DNA of 61,884 nucleotides, the filler included, from an uncultured virus (IMG/VR IMGVR_UViG_2061766007_001639) (Duplodnaviria; Heunggongvirae; Uroviricota; Caudoviricetes). It is 10 parts of one record of this genome, joined end to end, with 100 filler letters (N's around TTAATTAATTAA, not from the genome) between each part and the next. Parts side by side here need not be neighbours in the genome. Positions count along the whole stretch, not along the records: positions 43,528 to 44,685 come from IMGVR_UViG_2061766007_001639; positions 44,786 to 47,423 come from IMGVR_UViG_2061766007_001639; positions 47,524 to 51,841 come from IMGVR_UViG_2061766007_001639; positions 51,942 to 58,885 come from IMGVR_UViG_2061766007_001639; 6 more parts are not named here. One strand, given 5' to 3'. Below the pieces are notes generated by a model. That model worked only from the letters and a program-made list of their open reading frames with translations, did not search any database and had not been told where the DNA came from. Below, one piece after another: positions 44,217-54,635 of this stretch; the first letter of the stretch is position 1, and every line of letters starts with the position of its first letter. A program made the translations under genes and the position numbers.

Positions 44217-45226
44217 CCACGGTGTCGGAAGAGGGCGTGATTAGCTGGACGGTTAATGGGCCGATTGCCGTGCCTGATCCGGTGAATATCAAAGGCCCTG
44301 CTGGACAGAGCGGCGACGATGGTTATTCCCCGACCGTAGCCGTCACCGACATCACCGGCGGGNNNNNNNNNNNNNNNNNNNNNNNNNNNNNNNNNNNNNN
44401 NNNNNNNNNNNNNNNACGTGCTGGATGGCGCACCCGGAAGCGGAGCGACAATCCATATCTGCTCGTCCAGCGAGTATGACTCGACTACCCGTGTTCCGAC
44501 TGTGACGAACCCGGACGAGAACACGTTCTACCTCGTTCCCGCTGCGGACGGCGCGTCCCCGGACATGTTCGATGAGTGGATTTACGCGAACAGCGCATGG
44601 GAATTATTCGGTAGCGCTTCGGTGGATTTAAGCGGCTACCAGACAAAAATTACCGCGTCTGGCCTGCTGAAGGGCAACGGCAATGNNNNNNNNNNNNNNN
44701 NNNNNNNNNNNNNNNNNNNNNNNNNNNNNTTAATTAATTAANNNNNNNNNNNNNNNNNNNNNNNNNNNNNNNNNNNNNNNNNNNNCAACGGCGTGTCGGT
44801 GCTGAGTGATGGCGTGGCGAATGTGCCGGCAGCAAGCAATAGCGTTTTTGGCGTCACCAAGGGCAACACGAATCAAGGGATTGGCGTTGATTCCGTCAGC
44901 AAAAATTTGTACATAGTGAAAGCGAGTGGAACCCAAGCCAAAGATGGTAGCAATTCTTACAGGGCGATAGTCCCGTACAACCANNNNNNNNNNNNNNNNN
45001 NNNNNNNNNCACCACGCAGAGCCAGTCCAGCAACGCGGTGGGGACGTATACGGACAGCGCCATCGACAAAATCCTCGCCATGTTGGGTGTATCCGCGCTG
45101 ATTGGCCCGACAGAGAGCGGGACGGCCTCTCAGGCGNNNNNNNNNNNNNNNNNNNNNNNNNNNNNNNNNNNNNNNNNNNNNNNCTGTGCACAAACCACCA
45201 TCATCGACCTGCTGAAAGGAGCGTAA
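44217..45226 (+). CDS. Collagen-like / tail-appendage protein fragments
   Basis: NIKGPAGQSGDDGYSPTV; FYLVP..FDEWIY..WELFGS. Confidence 0.55.
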
Positions 45227-45232
45227 TACACC

Positions 45233-45475
45233 ATGACATACTATTCCGAGCGCAAGAAAGTCACCAACGGCGCGGCCATCGCCCCTGTCTACCACACCGG
45301 CGAACGTGACTCGATGGAGCGTCAATTCCACCTCAACTGCGCCAACGTATTGGACAACACCAACCCACGGAACGACCTTGACGTCTGCGAATGGGGAACC
45401 ATTGAGGGCGGCGCTGTCGAACGGAAGGTGTATGTGAAGCCCACGCCGGAGCCGGAGGAAGGTGACGCCGAATGA
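45233..45475 (+). CDS. Hypothetical protein
   Basis: AAGGAG RBS, open frame. Confidence 0.6.
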   Translation: MTYYSERKKVTNGAAIAPVYHTGERDSMERQFHLNCANVLDNTNPRNDLDVCEWGTIEGGAVERKVYVKPTPEPEEGDAE

Positions 45476-45819
45476 GCGAGGCCGTGATTGTGGCGCTGAT
45501 TACGGGTGGGCTGACGCTGCTGGGGACGGTTATCACGGTATGGGTGTCGCACAGTTCGACTATCGCCAAGATGGACAAGAACTCAGCAGTTGCCGACGAG
45601 AAAATCGAAGGCGAACTGCGCGAAATGAAATCTCAGGTGCAGGGCGAGATAAACGTCATCAAGGCCGATATCCGCACCTTATCCAACAGGGTCGAAGCGC
45701 ATAACAAGATGATCGAACGAACATATGAGTTGGAACGCCGCGCGGACGTGCTGGAAGAAAAGGCCAGCGCGGCGAACCGCAGATTGACAGACTTGGAAAG
45801 GAGCGAACACCATGAATAA
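45472..45819 (+). CDS. Lysis-module membrane protein (N-terminal TM plus coiled coil)
   Basis: MSEAVIVALITGGLTLLG...VEAHNKMIERTY. Confidence 0.65.
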   Translation: MSEAVIVALITGGLTLLGTVITVWVSHSSTIAKMDKNSAVADEKIEGELREMKSQVQGEINVIKADIRTLSNRVEAHNKMIERTYELERRADVLEEKASAANRRLTDLERSEHHE

Positions 45820-46069
45820 AATTGATTTCAAGCGCAAACTGTGTTCCCGCAAATTCTGGGCGTGTGTATGTGATTTCGTGGGTATGCTACTGGTGGCCCT
45901 GCACGTCGNNNNNNNNNNNNNNNNNNNNNNNNNNNNNNNNNNNNNNNNNNNNNNNNNNNNNNNNNNNNNNNNNNNNNNNNNNNNNNNNNNNNNNNCGGCA
46001 ATGGCGTATGAGGATGTGCCGGAAGAAGAAATCAAACCACCCGAATCCGACGCCACGAACGAACACTAA
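45812..46069 (+). CDS. Putative holin
   Basis: IDFKRKLCSRKFW followed by a TM segment. Confidence 0.7.
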   Translation: MNKIDFKRKLCSRKFWACVCDFVGMLLVALHVXXXXXXXXXXXXXXXXXXXXXXXXXXXXXXAMAYEDVPEEEIKPPESDATNEH

Positions 46070-46103
46070 CAAAAACGAGCATCATAAAAATGGAGGGATC
46101 GCC

Positions 46104-46375
46104 ATGAGCGACCAGGAACGGCAACAGCAGGAATGGGAATTTGTGATGGACGGCATCACGACCAGGATGCAGATGGCCATGGATAAGCTATCTGATAACA
46201 ACAAGGCGCTGCGAGAGACAATGAGGAGCATTGTGAAGTGGGTGTGCATTTTCGCACTGATCATGACGCTTCTGACCGTTGTTGGACTAATCCTCAATAA
46301 CAGAATGTGGATGGCGCGAGAGAACGACCTGGCCCGGAAGACGGTGGTTAGAGAGGTGATCCCCGATGCTCAAGA
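46104..46375 (+). CDS. Single-TM hypothetical protein
   Basis: GGAGGG RBS; WVCIFALIMTLLTVVGLIL. Confidence 0.6.
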
Positions 46376-46385
46376 NNNNNNNNNN

Positions 46386-46569
46386 AATGATTGACGAGAA
46401 AGTCCATTCTGATATAGGTCGAAAAGCGCTGAAACTAAAGTACATCGACGGCAAAACGCTCCTGCAAATCTCAGAAGAACTCGGCATGGTGTACAGCACC
46501 TTCACGAACAACTACTACAATAAGTGGCTCCCGGAATTGTTCGCAGATTTCGAGTGCACAGACGAGTAG
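46386..46569 (+). CDS. Small sigma region-4-like HTH protein (5' end in gap)
   Basis: LKLKYIDGKTLLQISEELGM. Confidence 0.6.
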
Positions 46570-46581
46570 CTGAATAATCAC

Positions 46582-46623
46582 AACCCGGATAGGGCAAAAA
46601 CGCCCCGTCCGGGTTCTTTTTTT
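46582..46623 (+). terminator. Rho-independent terminator
   Basis: AACCCGGA...TCCGGGTT plus T-tract. Confidence 0.75.
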
Positions 46624-46871
46624 ATGCCCAAATACAAAATCAGTATAGATCGGGTATAAAACCCATACTGAACCAGTAACGACTTCAGATGTGTTTTGAC
46701 CGATAATATAGACAAGAAAAGGAGGCCGAAAACGATGTGTAAGTTGATTGACCGCCTAACAGAATGCGGTATCCCAGAACGTGCCGCAATATGCATTTAT
46801 AGAGATTTCAGACGCAGAAACAGCCTGAATAGTCTGAAAGAATATGTTCGTGTCGTCGAGGCACAACCGCC

Positions 46872-47246
46872 ATGTTCATAAAAATAAATCCGAATCCGGC
46901 AAAGAAGAACGTCGGTGATTGTGTTATCCGTGCTGTCAGCATCGCAACGGAGCAGCCATGGCTGGATGTTTACGATGCGATTTGCGGAACTGGCAGGGAA
47001 GAATACGATATGCCAAGCGCCGACGCAGTGTGGGGCTTATACCTTTACCGAGAAGGATTTGAACCATTCATCCTGCCATCGCGCTGTCCGCAATGCACGA
47101 CGGTCAAGGCATTTTGCAGGATGTATCCACGCGGCACGTACATCATCGGAACAGGATCCCATGCGGTATGTGTGACCGACGGGAACTATTATGATTCGTG
47201 GGACTCCGGGAACCAGATTGCGAGTTATTTTTGGAGGGTGAGATAA
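46872..47246 (+). CDS. Papain-fold (C39-like) Cys-His-Asp protein
   Basis: NPNP..VGDCVIRA, GSHAVCV, YDSWDSG. Confidence 0.55.
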   Translation: MFIKINPNPAKKNVGDCVIRAVSIATEQPWLDVYDAICGTGREEYDMPSADAVWGLYLYREGFEPFILPSRCPQCTTVKAFCRMYPRGTYIIGTGSHAVCVTDGNYYDSWDSGNQIASYFWRVR

Positions 47247-47247
47247 C

Positions 47248-47423
47248 ATGCCTAATTACAACAGCNNNNNNNNNNNNNNNNNNNNNNNNNNNNNNNNNNN
47301 NNNNNNTGCAGCAACCCATGCAGTCGTATCAGCAACCCCAGACGCAAATGCAGGGAATCTGTTGGGTGGATGGCGAGATCGGCGCGAAGGCCCAGGCTCT
47401 TCCGGTCGGTTGGCCAGCGAACG
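47248..47423 (+). CDS. Gln-rich hypothetical protein (fragment)
   Basis: QQP...ICWVDGEIGAKA. Confidence 0.6.
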
Positions 47424-47523
47424 NNNNNNNNNNNNNNNNNNNNNNNNNNNNNNNNNNNNNNNNNNNNTTAATTAATTAANNNNNNNNNNNNNNNNNNNNN
47501 NNNNNNNNNNNNNNNNNNNNNNN

Positions 47524-48083
47524 TCACGTCTATCCGGGATGGTGTGTACGGCATTACCAATCAGTTGTGCAATGGTTTCGCTGGCACGACTGCGGCGATT
47601 ACGGGCGCTCAGAATGCCATTACACAGCAGATGTACACCAATCAGATTGCCGATATGCAACAGAATTTCGCCGCTCAGACCGCGACGATGCAGGGCTTCA
47701 ATGCCGTCCAGGGACAGCTTGCTCAGTGCTGCTGCGACAACAAGACTGCGGCGATGCAGAATACCCGCGACATCATTGACTCGCAGACGCGCAGTACGCA
47801 GGCCATCCTAGATAAACTGTGCGCACTCGAACTTGACGGCGTGAAGGGTCAGCTTGCGGCGGCACAGCGCGAGAACGTCGGTCTCCAGAACCAGCTGAAC
47901 ATGGCGGCGCTTCGTGAGTCTCAGACGGCTCAGAATGCGTTTATCGCGCAGGGTCTGAGCAACGAGGTCGATCAGCTTTACAACCGCCTGTCCAACTGCC
48001 CAGTGCCCAGCGTGCCTGTGTACGGCAAACAGCCTATCTTCACTTGCGGCGGTCAGGGCTGCGGGTGCGGCATGGCCGGTTAA
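47524..48083 (+). CDS. Conserved coiled-coil 'QCCCD' protein (C-terminal part)
   Basis: QLCNGFAG, LAQCCCD, TQAILDKLC, terminal GCGCG. Confidence 0.7.
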
Positions 48084-48095
48084 GGTGGTGTGAGT

Positions 48096-48557
48096 ATGGC
48101 TGCGGAGTATCTTGCGGTTGGTGAACAGAGCGTCGCGCTAAACGCTCCGATTATCTTTACCGCATCTATCCCTTGCACTCGCGGATGGGTGTATCACGAA
48201 GATGAGACTGGGATTTTTATTCTGCGGGGCATTACGAACGGGCAATGTTTCGCAACGTACCAGATCACCTACAACGGGAACATCTCCCTTCCGACCGATG
48301 CCGAGGCGGTCGAACCGATTGCGATTGCCATAACCGTGAACGGCGAACCGCGCATTACAAGCCGCGCAATCTTCACACCGGCGGCTGTAGATGAATACGG
48401 CAACGTGACATCAACCGCGATCATCAAGGTTCCGAAAGGCTGTTGCTTCACCGTCAGCATTGACTATGTGTCAGGCATCACCGCCGACGCAACGACAACG
48501 CCGCCTCCGGTGATTAACGCCATCAACAGCAACCTCGTTGTGGACAGAATCGCGTAG
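48096..48557 (+). CDS. Beta-rich hypothetical protein (BclA-CTD/C1q-like guess)
   Basis: MAAEYLA...GIFILRG...YNGNI...NLVVDRIA. Confidence 0.6.
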   Translation: MAAEYLAVGEQSVALNAPIIFTASIPCTRGWVYHEDETGIFILRGITNGQCFATYQITYNGNISLPTDAEAVEPIAIAITVNGEPRITSRAIFTPAAVDEYGNVTSTAIIKVPKGCCFTVSIDYVSGITADATTTPPPVINAINSNLVVDRIA

Positions 48558-48574
48558 GGAAGGAGGAGACAGTA

Positions 48575-48922
48575 ATGGAACGTTACGAACACCTGGATAA
48601 GGCTATGTGCAAGGAACTGGAGAAGCTGGACAAAAAGTACACTGCGGAAGTGGAAATGTCAGAGCAGGACGCTGAACGCGCCAGAACCCTGTACCATGCG
48701 CTGAAATCGGCTGAAACCTACTACGCGATGAAGGAAGCCGAGGAAATGGATGAAGGCGACTACAGCGGTGAGGCTAGACCGTATCGCCCCGGCCGTGGTG
48801 GTAATTCCTATGCGCGTGGTAGGGATATGCGCACCGGACGGTTCGTGAGTCGCGACATGGGCTATTCCGGTCACTATCCGATGNNNNNNNNNNCACCATT
48901 TTTCGGGAAACGCATATTTTAG
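48575..48922 (+). CDS. Hypothetical protein with RG-rich tail
   Basis: AGGAGG RBS; SYARGRDMRTGRFVSRD. Confidence 0.65.
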   Translation: MERYEHLDKAMCKELEKLDKKYTAEVEMSEQDAERARTLYHALKSAETYYAMKEAEEMDEGDYSGEARPYRPGRGGNSYARGRDMRTGRFVSRDMGYSGHYPMXXXXPFFGKRIF

Positions 48923-49020
48923 ATCAAGTCTGTGTATTGTGTCGTCGTTTGTTTGACACCACAATATATAGTTGTGCATGGCAGATTAAAACCCCACATC
49001 TTGTGCGATGCAGGGTTATC

Positions 49021-49085
49021 TGGCGGAGAAGCCGGGATTTGAACCCGGGCGACGGTTATCCCATCCTACTCCCTTAGCAGGGGAG
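49021..49085 (-). mobile_element. attP core: 3' part of tRNA-Ser(GCT)
   Basis: Minus strand CTCCC-CTGCTAA-GGGAG, long variable arm, CCGGG-TTCAAAT-CCCGG, CTTCTCCG-CCA; no D arm; next to the integrase 3' end. Confidence 0.85.
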
Positions 49086-49149
49086 CCAATAAGTCAATAA
49101 AATCAAGGGAATTCAGCCTCGATGTCGGTAGTACGTCGGTAGTAGAAAT

Positions 49150-49882
49150 TCAATTTGGTTTACTTTTTATCGCGTCGACGGCGGTCAGGGCGTCTGCGGT
49201 TTCTGGATGGGCGTACCGATCGAGCATCTTCGTGGTTGACCAGCGCATGACGCGACGGACGGTTTGCGGAGCGATTCCTTCGGTAATGGCAAGCGCCGTG
49301 GCGGTGGTATGACGGCACGAATACGGCGTTAGACGCCTGCACCCGGCCCGGTTGAGCGCCTCNNNNNNNNNNNNNNNNNNNNNNNNNNNNNNNNNNNNNN
49401 NNNNNNNNNNNNNNNNNNNNNNNNNNNNNNNNNNNNNNNNNNNNNNNNNNNNNNNNNNNNNNNNNNNNNNNNNNNNNNNNNNNNNNNNNNNNNNNNNNNN
49501 NNNCGTGCGCGATTCGAGGTCGATGTGCTCAACGCGCAATCCGAACGCCTCGCCGGGCATCATGCCGGTATAAATCATGAGGAGCGGAATGGCGGCGCGT
49601 TTGTCGCCTGACTCATACNNNNNNNNNNNNNNNNNNNNNNNNNNNNNNNNNNNNNTCGCTGAACGGTTGGCGCTCTTTTTCGTCCAGTTTCGGCAGCACA
49701 ATAAACGACGGCAGATCCTTTTGCGCATAACCGTCCGCAGCGGCGATCATGAACAGGTTGGTCAACAGGCTCTTGCAGTCCCGGGCGGTATAAAACGTCG
49801 GGCAGGCGCTCGTCACGGTCTGGCGTAGCGCATCCACAGATATGGAATCGACGCGCAGGTCGTGGAGCGGTTTCAGCTTGTT
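49150..49882 (-). CDS. int: Tyrosine integrase (5' part in gap)
   Basis: LMIYTGMMPGE, LTPYSCRHT, MRWS...LDRYAH; adjacent att site. Confidence 0.85.
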
Positions 49883-50712
49883 NNNNNNNNNNNNNNNNNN
49901 NNNNNNNNNNNNNNNNNNNNNNNNNNNNNNNNNNNNNNNNNNNNNNNNNNNNNNNNNNNNNNNNNNNNNNNNNNNNNNNNNNNNNNNNNNNNNNNNNNNN
50001 NNNNNNNNNNNNNNNNNNNNNNNNNNNNNNNNNNNNNNNNNNNNNNNNNNNNNNNNNNNNNNNNNNNNNNNNNNNNNNNNNNNNNNNNNNNNNNNNNNNN
50101 NNNNNNNNNNNNNNNNNNNNNNNNNNNNNNNNNNNNNNNNNNNNNNNNNNNNNNNNNNNNNNNNNNNNNNNNNNNNNNNNNNNNNNNNNNNNNNNNNNNN
50201 NNNNNNNNNNNNNNNNNNNNNNNNNNNNNNNNNNNNNNNNNNNNNNNNNNNNNNNNNNNNNNNNNNNNNNNNNNNNNNNNNNNNNNNNNNNNNNNNNNNN
50301 NNNNNNNNNNNNNNNNNNNNNNNNNNNNNNNNNNNNNNNNNNNNNNNNNNNNNNNNNNNNNNNNNNNNNNNNNNNNNNNNNNNNNNNNNNNNNNNNNNNN
50401 NNNNNNNNNNNNNNNNNNNNNNNNNNNNNNNNNNNNNNNNNNNNNTAATAACACATTGCGTGATGAATTGCAATAGGGGCCGCGATATTGAAATTTTATT
50501 ACAAATATTGCGTAACTATTTCAAATCTTACAAAAGAATAAAATCATCGCAGAATGTGTTGACAGTNNNNNNNNNNNNNNNNNNNNNNNNNNNNNNNNNN
50601 NNNNNNNNNNNNNNNNNNNNNNNNNNNNNNNNNNNNNNNNNNNNNNNNNNNNNNNNNNNNNNNNNNNNNNNNNNNNNNNNNNNNNNNNNNNNNNNNNNNN
50701 NNNNNNNNNNNN

Positions 50713-50793
50713 GCAAAATACTACGGAGTAAGCGTACAAGATATTTTTTTTCGAGACGATATCGCAAAAAGCGATAATGACACCGACCGGTAA
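50713..50793 (+). CDS. C-terminus of a Cro-like HTH protein
   Basis: AKYYGVSVQDIFF. Confidence 0.5.
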   Translation, partial: AKYYGVSVQDIFFRDDIAKSDNDTDR

Positions 50794-50910
50794 GACGCGG
50801 CGTACGGGCGCTCCGATGCCCACCAATTCGCACCTGACACGACAACGATTATCACAAGTACAATGGTGGAATTATTGTGAGGCTCGGAGCATAAGATAAA
50901 NNNNNNNNNN

Positions 50911-51484
50911 AGTTTTCAATATAGTCCGAGAATTGCTCCTTCACCATCCGGTTCAGTTCGGCCGGGACATGTACGCCGGGCGTCTTGCGCATTCCGGCCA
51001 AACACCTTTCATAACACCCCGTCATTGTGCCGAGAACCTCCGTTGACATACGGACCGGCGAATCCCACATGGCCTTAACGATGGCGCGAGGACACAAAAG
51101 ATGATACGCAAAGGCATTGGCTTCTGCCATCCGCACATCTTCCGGTCTGGATCCATCGTGCCCAAGAATGATGTGGCCGAGTTCACGGGCAAGGCCGCGC
51201 TGGACCATAAACACAGGTAGTCTCTGGTTGAATACAACGTAATACATCAGCTTGCCCTTGATCGTCTTTGCAAATGTCATGGCGTCGTGGTTTTCAGCGC
51301 TGAATATCTTCAGTAGATTGCTGCGCTCCACGCCAGTTTCAAGCGCCATTTCGGCAAAGGTCGATACGATGACGTTCGGCGTGGACTTGAGGATGTGTAT
51401 CGGTTCTACCGGCGCGGCAGATATATGGTACTCAACCAGGATTTCCGTGGCTTTTATCGCGGCTCGTTCGAGATTGGGTATCAT
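50911..51484 (-). CDS. ImmA/IrrE-family protein with degenerate HExxH
   Basis: ARELGHIILGH...EANAFAYHLLCP; downstream of the repressor. Confidence 0.8.
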
Positions 51485-51841
51485 GGTTGTTCCTCCTTAT
51501 CCAAATAACGTGAAAACACGACTTCAAACAGTTCGACTGCGCGTTTTCGTTCCTCCGGTGGCATGTTGTCAATTCCGGCCGATATCATCCTGGCTTCCGA
51601 TGTGCGGGGAGCACCCGAGCGTTCGCTTGCGTATTCAAGAGGGATGACCTCGTCTTCCCGATAAAATATAGACCACAGCGGAACGTTGAAAGCATCAGCG
51701 AGTGCCTCTGCCGCCGGGGTGCTTGGCTTACGTGTGCCACTCTCGTACCCTGCGATAGTGGATTGGGCAAGTCCCGTCGCCTCTGCCAGATCCTCTTGCG
51801 TCATGTTGCGCGACAAACGCCGGACTTTGATCATTTCGCCG
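51481..51841 (-). CDS. CI-like XRE repressor
   Basis: MTQEDLAEATGLAQSTIAGYESGTRKP. Confidence 0.85.
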
Positions 51842-52051
51842 NNNNNNNNNNNNNNNNNNNNNNNNNNNNNNNNNNNNNNNNNNNNTTAATTAATTAANNN
51901 NNNNNNNNNNNNNNNNNNNNNNNNNNNNNNNNNNNNNNNNNCGGTTATCCGTTCTCGTTCGTTGGATCGCGAATGAAGATTCCCCGGTTGGGATTTATCA
52001 GATGGGTTGTTTACGGCAACGCGCCGATATACGAAAAGGAGGTTGAATCCA

Positions 52052-52545
52052 TTGGAAGTAACACTGCTACGTAGTCCGACTGAAGCTGACTGGATGGAGG
52101 TCAAGCGACGGGCACTGGTGACGGTCGGTAAGCNNNNNNNNNNNNNNNNNNNNNNNNNNNNNNNNNNNNNNNNNNNNNNNNNNNNNNNNNGGCACGGCAC
52201 TCACCGATCCGGTATCTCATCTACTCGTTCTACATTCATGATGTACCGAGTTGGGTTGCGACGCACCTTGTCCGGCATCACGAAGGATTTCAACCGTATG
52301 TCAGGAGTCAACGCAACGACAGGCAAAGCGACTACGACCGGAACGCGGCGAGACAGGACATGCCGGTTGATATGATCGTGGATCTGAATGCTGAAGCGCT
52401 GATGACGCTGGCGAACAAGAGGCTTTGCAACAAGGCGGCGGATGAGACGCGACGCACCGTGCAGATGATGTGCGATATCGCGGAAAAGGCAACCCCGGAA
52501 TTGGAAGGACTGCTCGTCCCGCAATGTGAGAGGAACGGCGGGCGG
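52052..52545 (+). CDS. thyX: FAD-dependent thymidylate synthase (ThyX-like; gap-split)
   Basis: RHSPIR, WVATHLVRH, RSQRNDR, KRLC..A..ETR, LVPQC. Confidence 0.75.
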
Positions 52546-52627
52546 NNNNNNNNNNNNNNNNNNNNNNNNNNNNNNNNNNNNNNNNNNNNNNNNNNNNNNN
52601 NNNNNCAAATGAGGTGGACACAGAAAA

Positions 52628-52980
52628 TGAGAACAGAAGACGCATTTCGAATGAACCGAGAGGCAATGGCCCGCGGTTCTGAAAGTAAGGTTTTCGATTG
52701 GGATAAGGCCGCAAAGATTATAAATGACGAGCGCAAGAAGTACCCAGATTTGGTAGCTGTTGCCGGATTACAGGACGACATGGAATGGACTTCCGACGTG
52801 ATCTATAGGGATGGCAAGTGCGTTAACAGTAACTACACGTATTTGGCTAGTATCTGGGCAATTCCCGTGTTGGTTATTGACGACGGTGACGAGATTCCTT
52901 GTTGGAAAATGGAAAGAGAAACCGAATGGGATGCCAGTACGACATGGCCCGAAAGCGCGAAAAACATATTGAGATCGTAG
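52628..52980 (+). CDS. Conserved phage hypothetical protein
   Basis: VFDWDKAA, AGLQDDMEWT, YLASIWAIP. Confidence 0.65.
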
Positions 52981-53035
52981 AGAACTGTGGAACGGCAACC
53001 AATGACAAACAAAAACAACAAGGAGGGCAAACAAA

Positions 53036-53599
53036 ATGGCAAACATGATTCAGATCGACGGACAGAAATTCCTTGAACTGTTCCACAAGGCCGGAATTAA
53101 GCAGACCGATGCAAGCAAGAGTGCCGGATTCTCGCGAAATTATTTCTCGAACTGCGCGTACTATGGTTCCATCAGCAAGGCGGCGGCGCAACTTCTGGAG
53201 ATCCAGCACGGCATCATGCTGAAAGACTACATCTACGTCGAACCAGCACCTGAACCGGAACCGACGCCCGAACCGGAACTGCCCGTTCCGAGCGAACCGA
53301 TTGAGGCCGAAGTGAAGGAAGTACAGCCGGTCTATACGCCGGTCGCAACCCTGGATATGGCAGAACTCCAGCAGGCCATCGCACTGGCATGCCAGCAGAC
53401 GAAAGCGCCGGAGATCGACTATGACAAACTGCGCTGGGCGATCCGCGAGGGAATGCTTGATGCAGTAACGCAGATGCTGAGCGATGGCCGGATCAGGAAC
53501 GCGCTCTATCAGGAAATGTACGACGCGCACAAGAACGCGCTTTCAAACCACCTGAAGGACACTTGGAACAAGGCTAAAAAGAACGCGCAAGCTACTTGA
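53036..53599 (+). CDS. Hypothetical protein with N-terminal HTH-like region
   Basis: AGGAGG RBS; Pro/Glu-rich linker. Confidence 0.6.
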   Translation: MANMIQIDGQKFLELFHKAGIKQTDASKSAGFSRNYFSNCAYYGSISKAAAQLLEIQHGIMLKDYIYVEPAPEPEPTPEPELPVPSEPIEAEVKEVQPVYTPVATLDMAELQQAIALACQQTKAPEIDYDKLRWAIREGMLDAVTQMLSDGRIRNALYQEMYDAHKNALSNHLKDTWNKAKKNAQAT

Positions 53600-53605
53600 T
53601 TTGAG

Positions 53606-53980
53606 GTGATTCATTTGAGCTACTACGACGAAACGGAACCGACGACGCAAGTAAGCATTCTCGGCACGCCTTATAAGATCTGGATGGACGTTTCAAAGAG
53701 AGACGACCCGGAACTGGTGCTATGCGATGGGTACTGCGACTACTCGGTGAAGCGCATTGTGGTTTGCGATAACGAGGATTCAGATCTGTGCGACTACGAT
53801 GAGCACAAGAAGAACAGCTTGCGTCACGAACTGGTTCATGCGTATCTGTTCGAGAGCGGCATCGGCGCGAACGTCGTATGGGACGTTCCTGGGCAGACAC
53901 ATCCGGAGCATTTCGTCGAGTGGTTGGCAATGCAGTTTCCGAAACTGGCAGAAACCTTCAAAGAAGTTGGAGCGATGTAA
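53606..53980 (+). CDS. HExxH zincin-like phage protein
   Basis: LRHELVHAYLFESG. Confidence 0.65.
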   Translation: MIHLSYYDETEPTTQVSILGTPYKIWMDVSKRDDPELVLCDGYCDYSVKRIVVCDNEDSDLCDYDEHKKNSLRHELVHAYLFESGIGANVVWDVPGQTHPEHFVEWLAMQFPKLAETFKEVGAM

Positions 53981-54584
53981 AAGTGAAGNNNNNNNNNNNN
54001 NNNNNNNNNNNNNNNNNNNCACGGACGATGTGATCGATATGCTGAGTATCGTGACCACATCAACGAGACGAACCGAGGCCGGGCCGAATACAGGGAACAA
54101 GAGCAGATGCGTTTCGCGTTTGTGGAGCGCAATGCGATGAGACGATCAAAGAGATAATTCCGTAAGGCGCGGGCTATAAGCCCAGCGGCATGAGTATAAC
54201 CTCGCTCACCCGCGTCCCGATCGGCAAGGCGGATCTTTTCCTCCTTTCTCTATCTGCCGAATCCGTGAATTGGGACTATGCCAAGCGTTGGCGGTCAGCG
54301 CTACAGAAAAACCGCCATTATCGGAACATAANNNNNNNNNNNNNNNNNNNNNNNNNNNNNNNNNNNNNNNNNNNNNNNNNNNNNNNNNNNNNNNNNNNNN
54401 NNNNNNNNNNNNNNNNNNNNNNNNNNNNNNNNNNNNNCTGGGTTCATTCTAGACGGGCGTGGCGTTCCATGGTAAGCCCGCCCAAAATTACCACGGTGTT
54501 CACGCTCGATGGCGCTCGGTGGTGCGCACACCGGGAAGGCAGAGGATGCGCAACTCGTTAAGTCGGGCGTGAACATTATTTCAT

Positions 54585-54635
54585 AGCGGCATAGCTTAAT
54601 GGAAAAGCACGCGGCTTTGAACCGCGAGTTACTGG
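54585..54635 (+). tRNA. tRNA-Gln(TTG), 3' end lost in gap
   Basis: AGCGGCA-TA-GCTT-AATGGAA-AAGC-A-CGCGG-CT TTG AA-CCGCG-AGTTA-CTGG. Confidence 0.7.

Noticed and set aside
44141..44479. ORF fusing MNVTEG... to a collagen-like segment
   Set aside because: Joined across a 10-N gap between unrelated protein types; probable mis-scaffolding
35332..45226. Diversity-generating retroelement targeting tail genes
   Set aside because: No reverse transcriptase or adenine-variant TR/VR pair in the visible sequence; gaps prevent full exclusion
49021..49085. Functional phage tRNA-Ser
   Set aside because: Lacks the 5' acceptor strand and D arm; interpreted as att core
54160..54240. Twister or HDV-like (theta) ribozyme
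   Set aside because: GGGCUAUAAGCCC resembles a twister P4 loop but no UAA-P2-GC strand could be placed; HDV P1.1 pairing is absent
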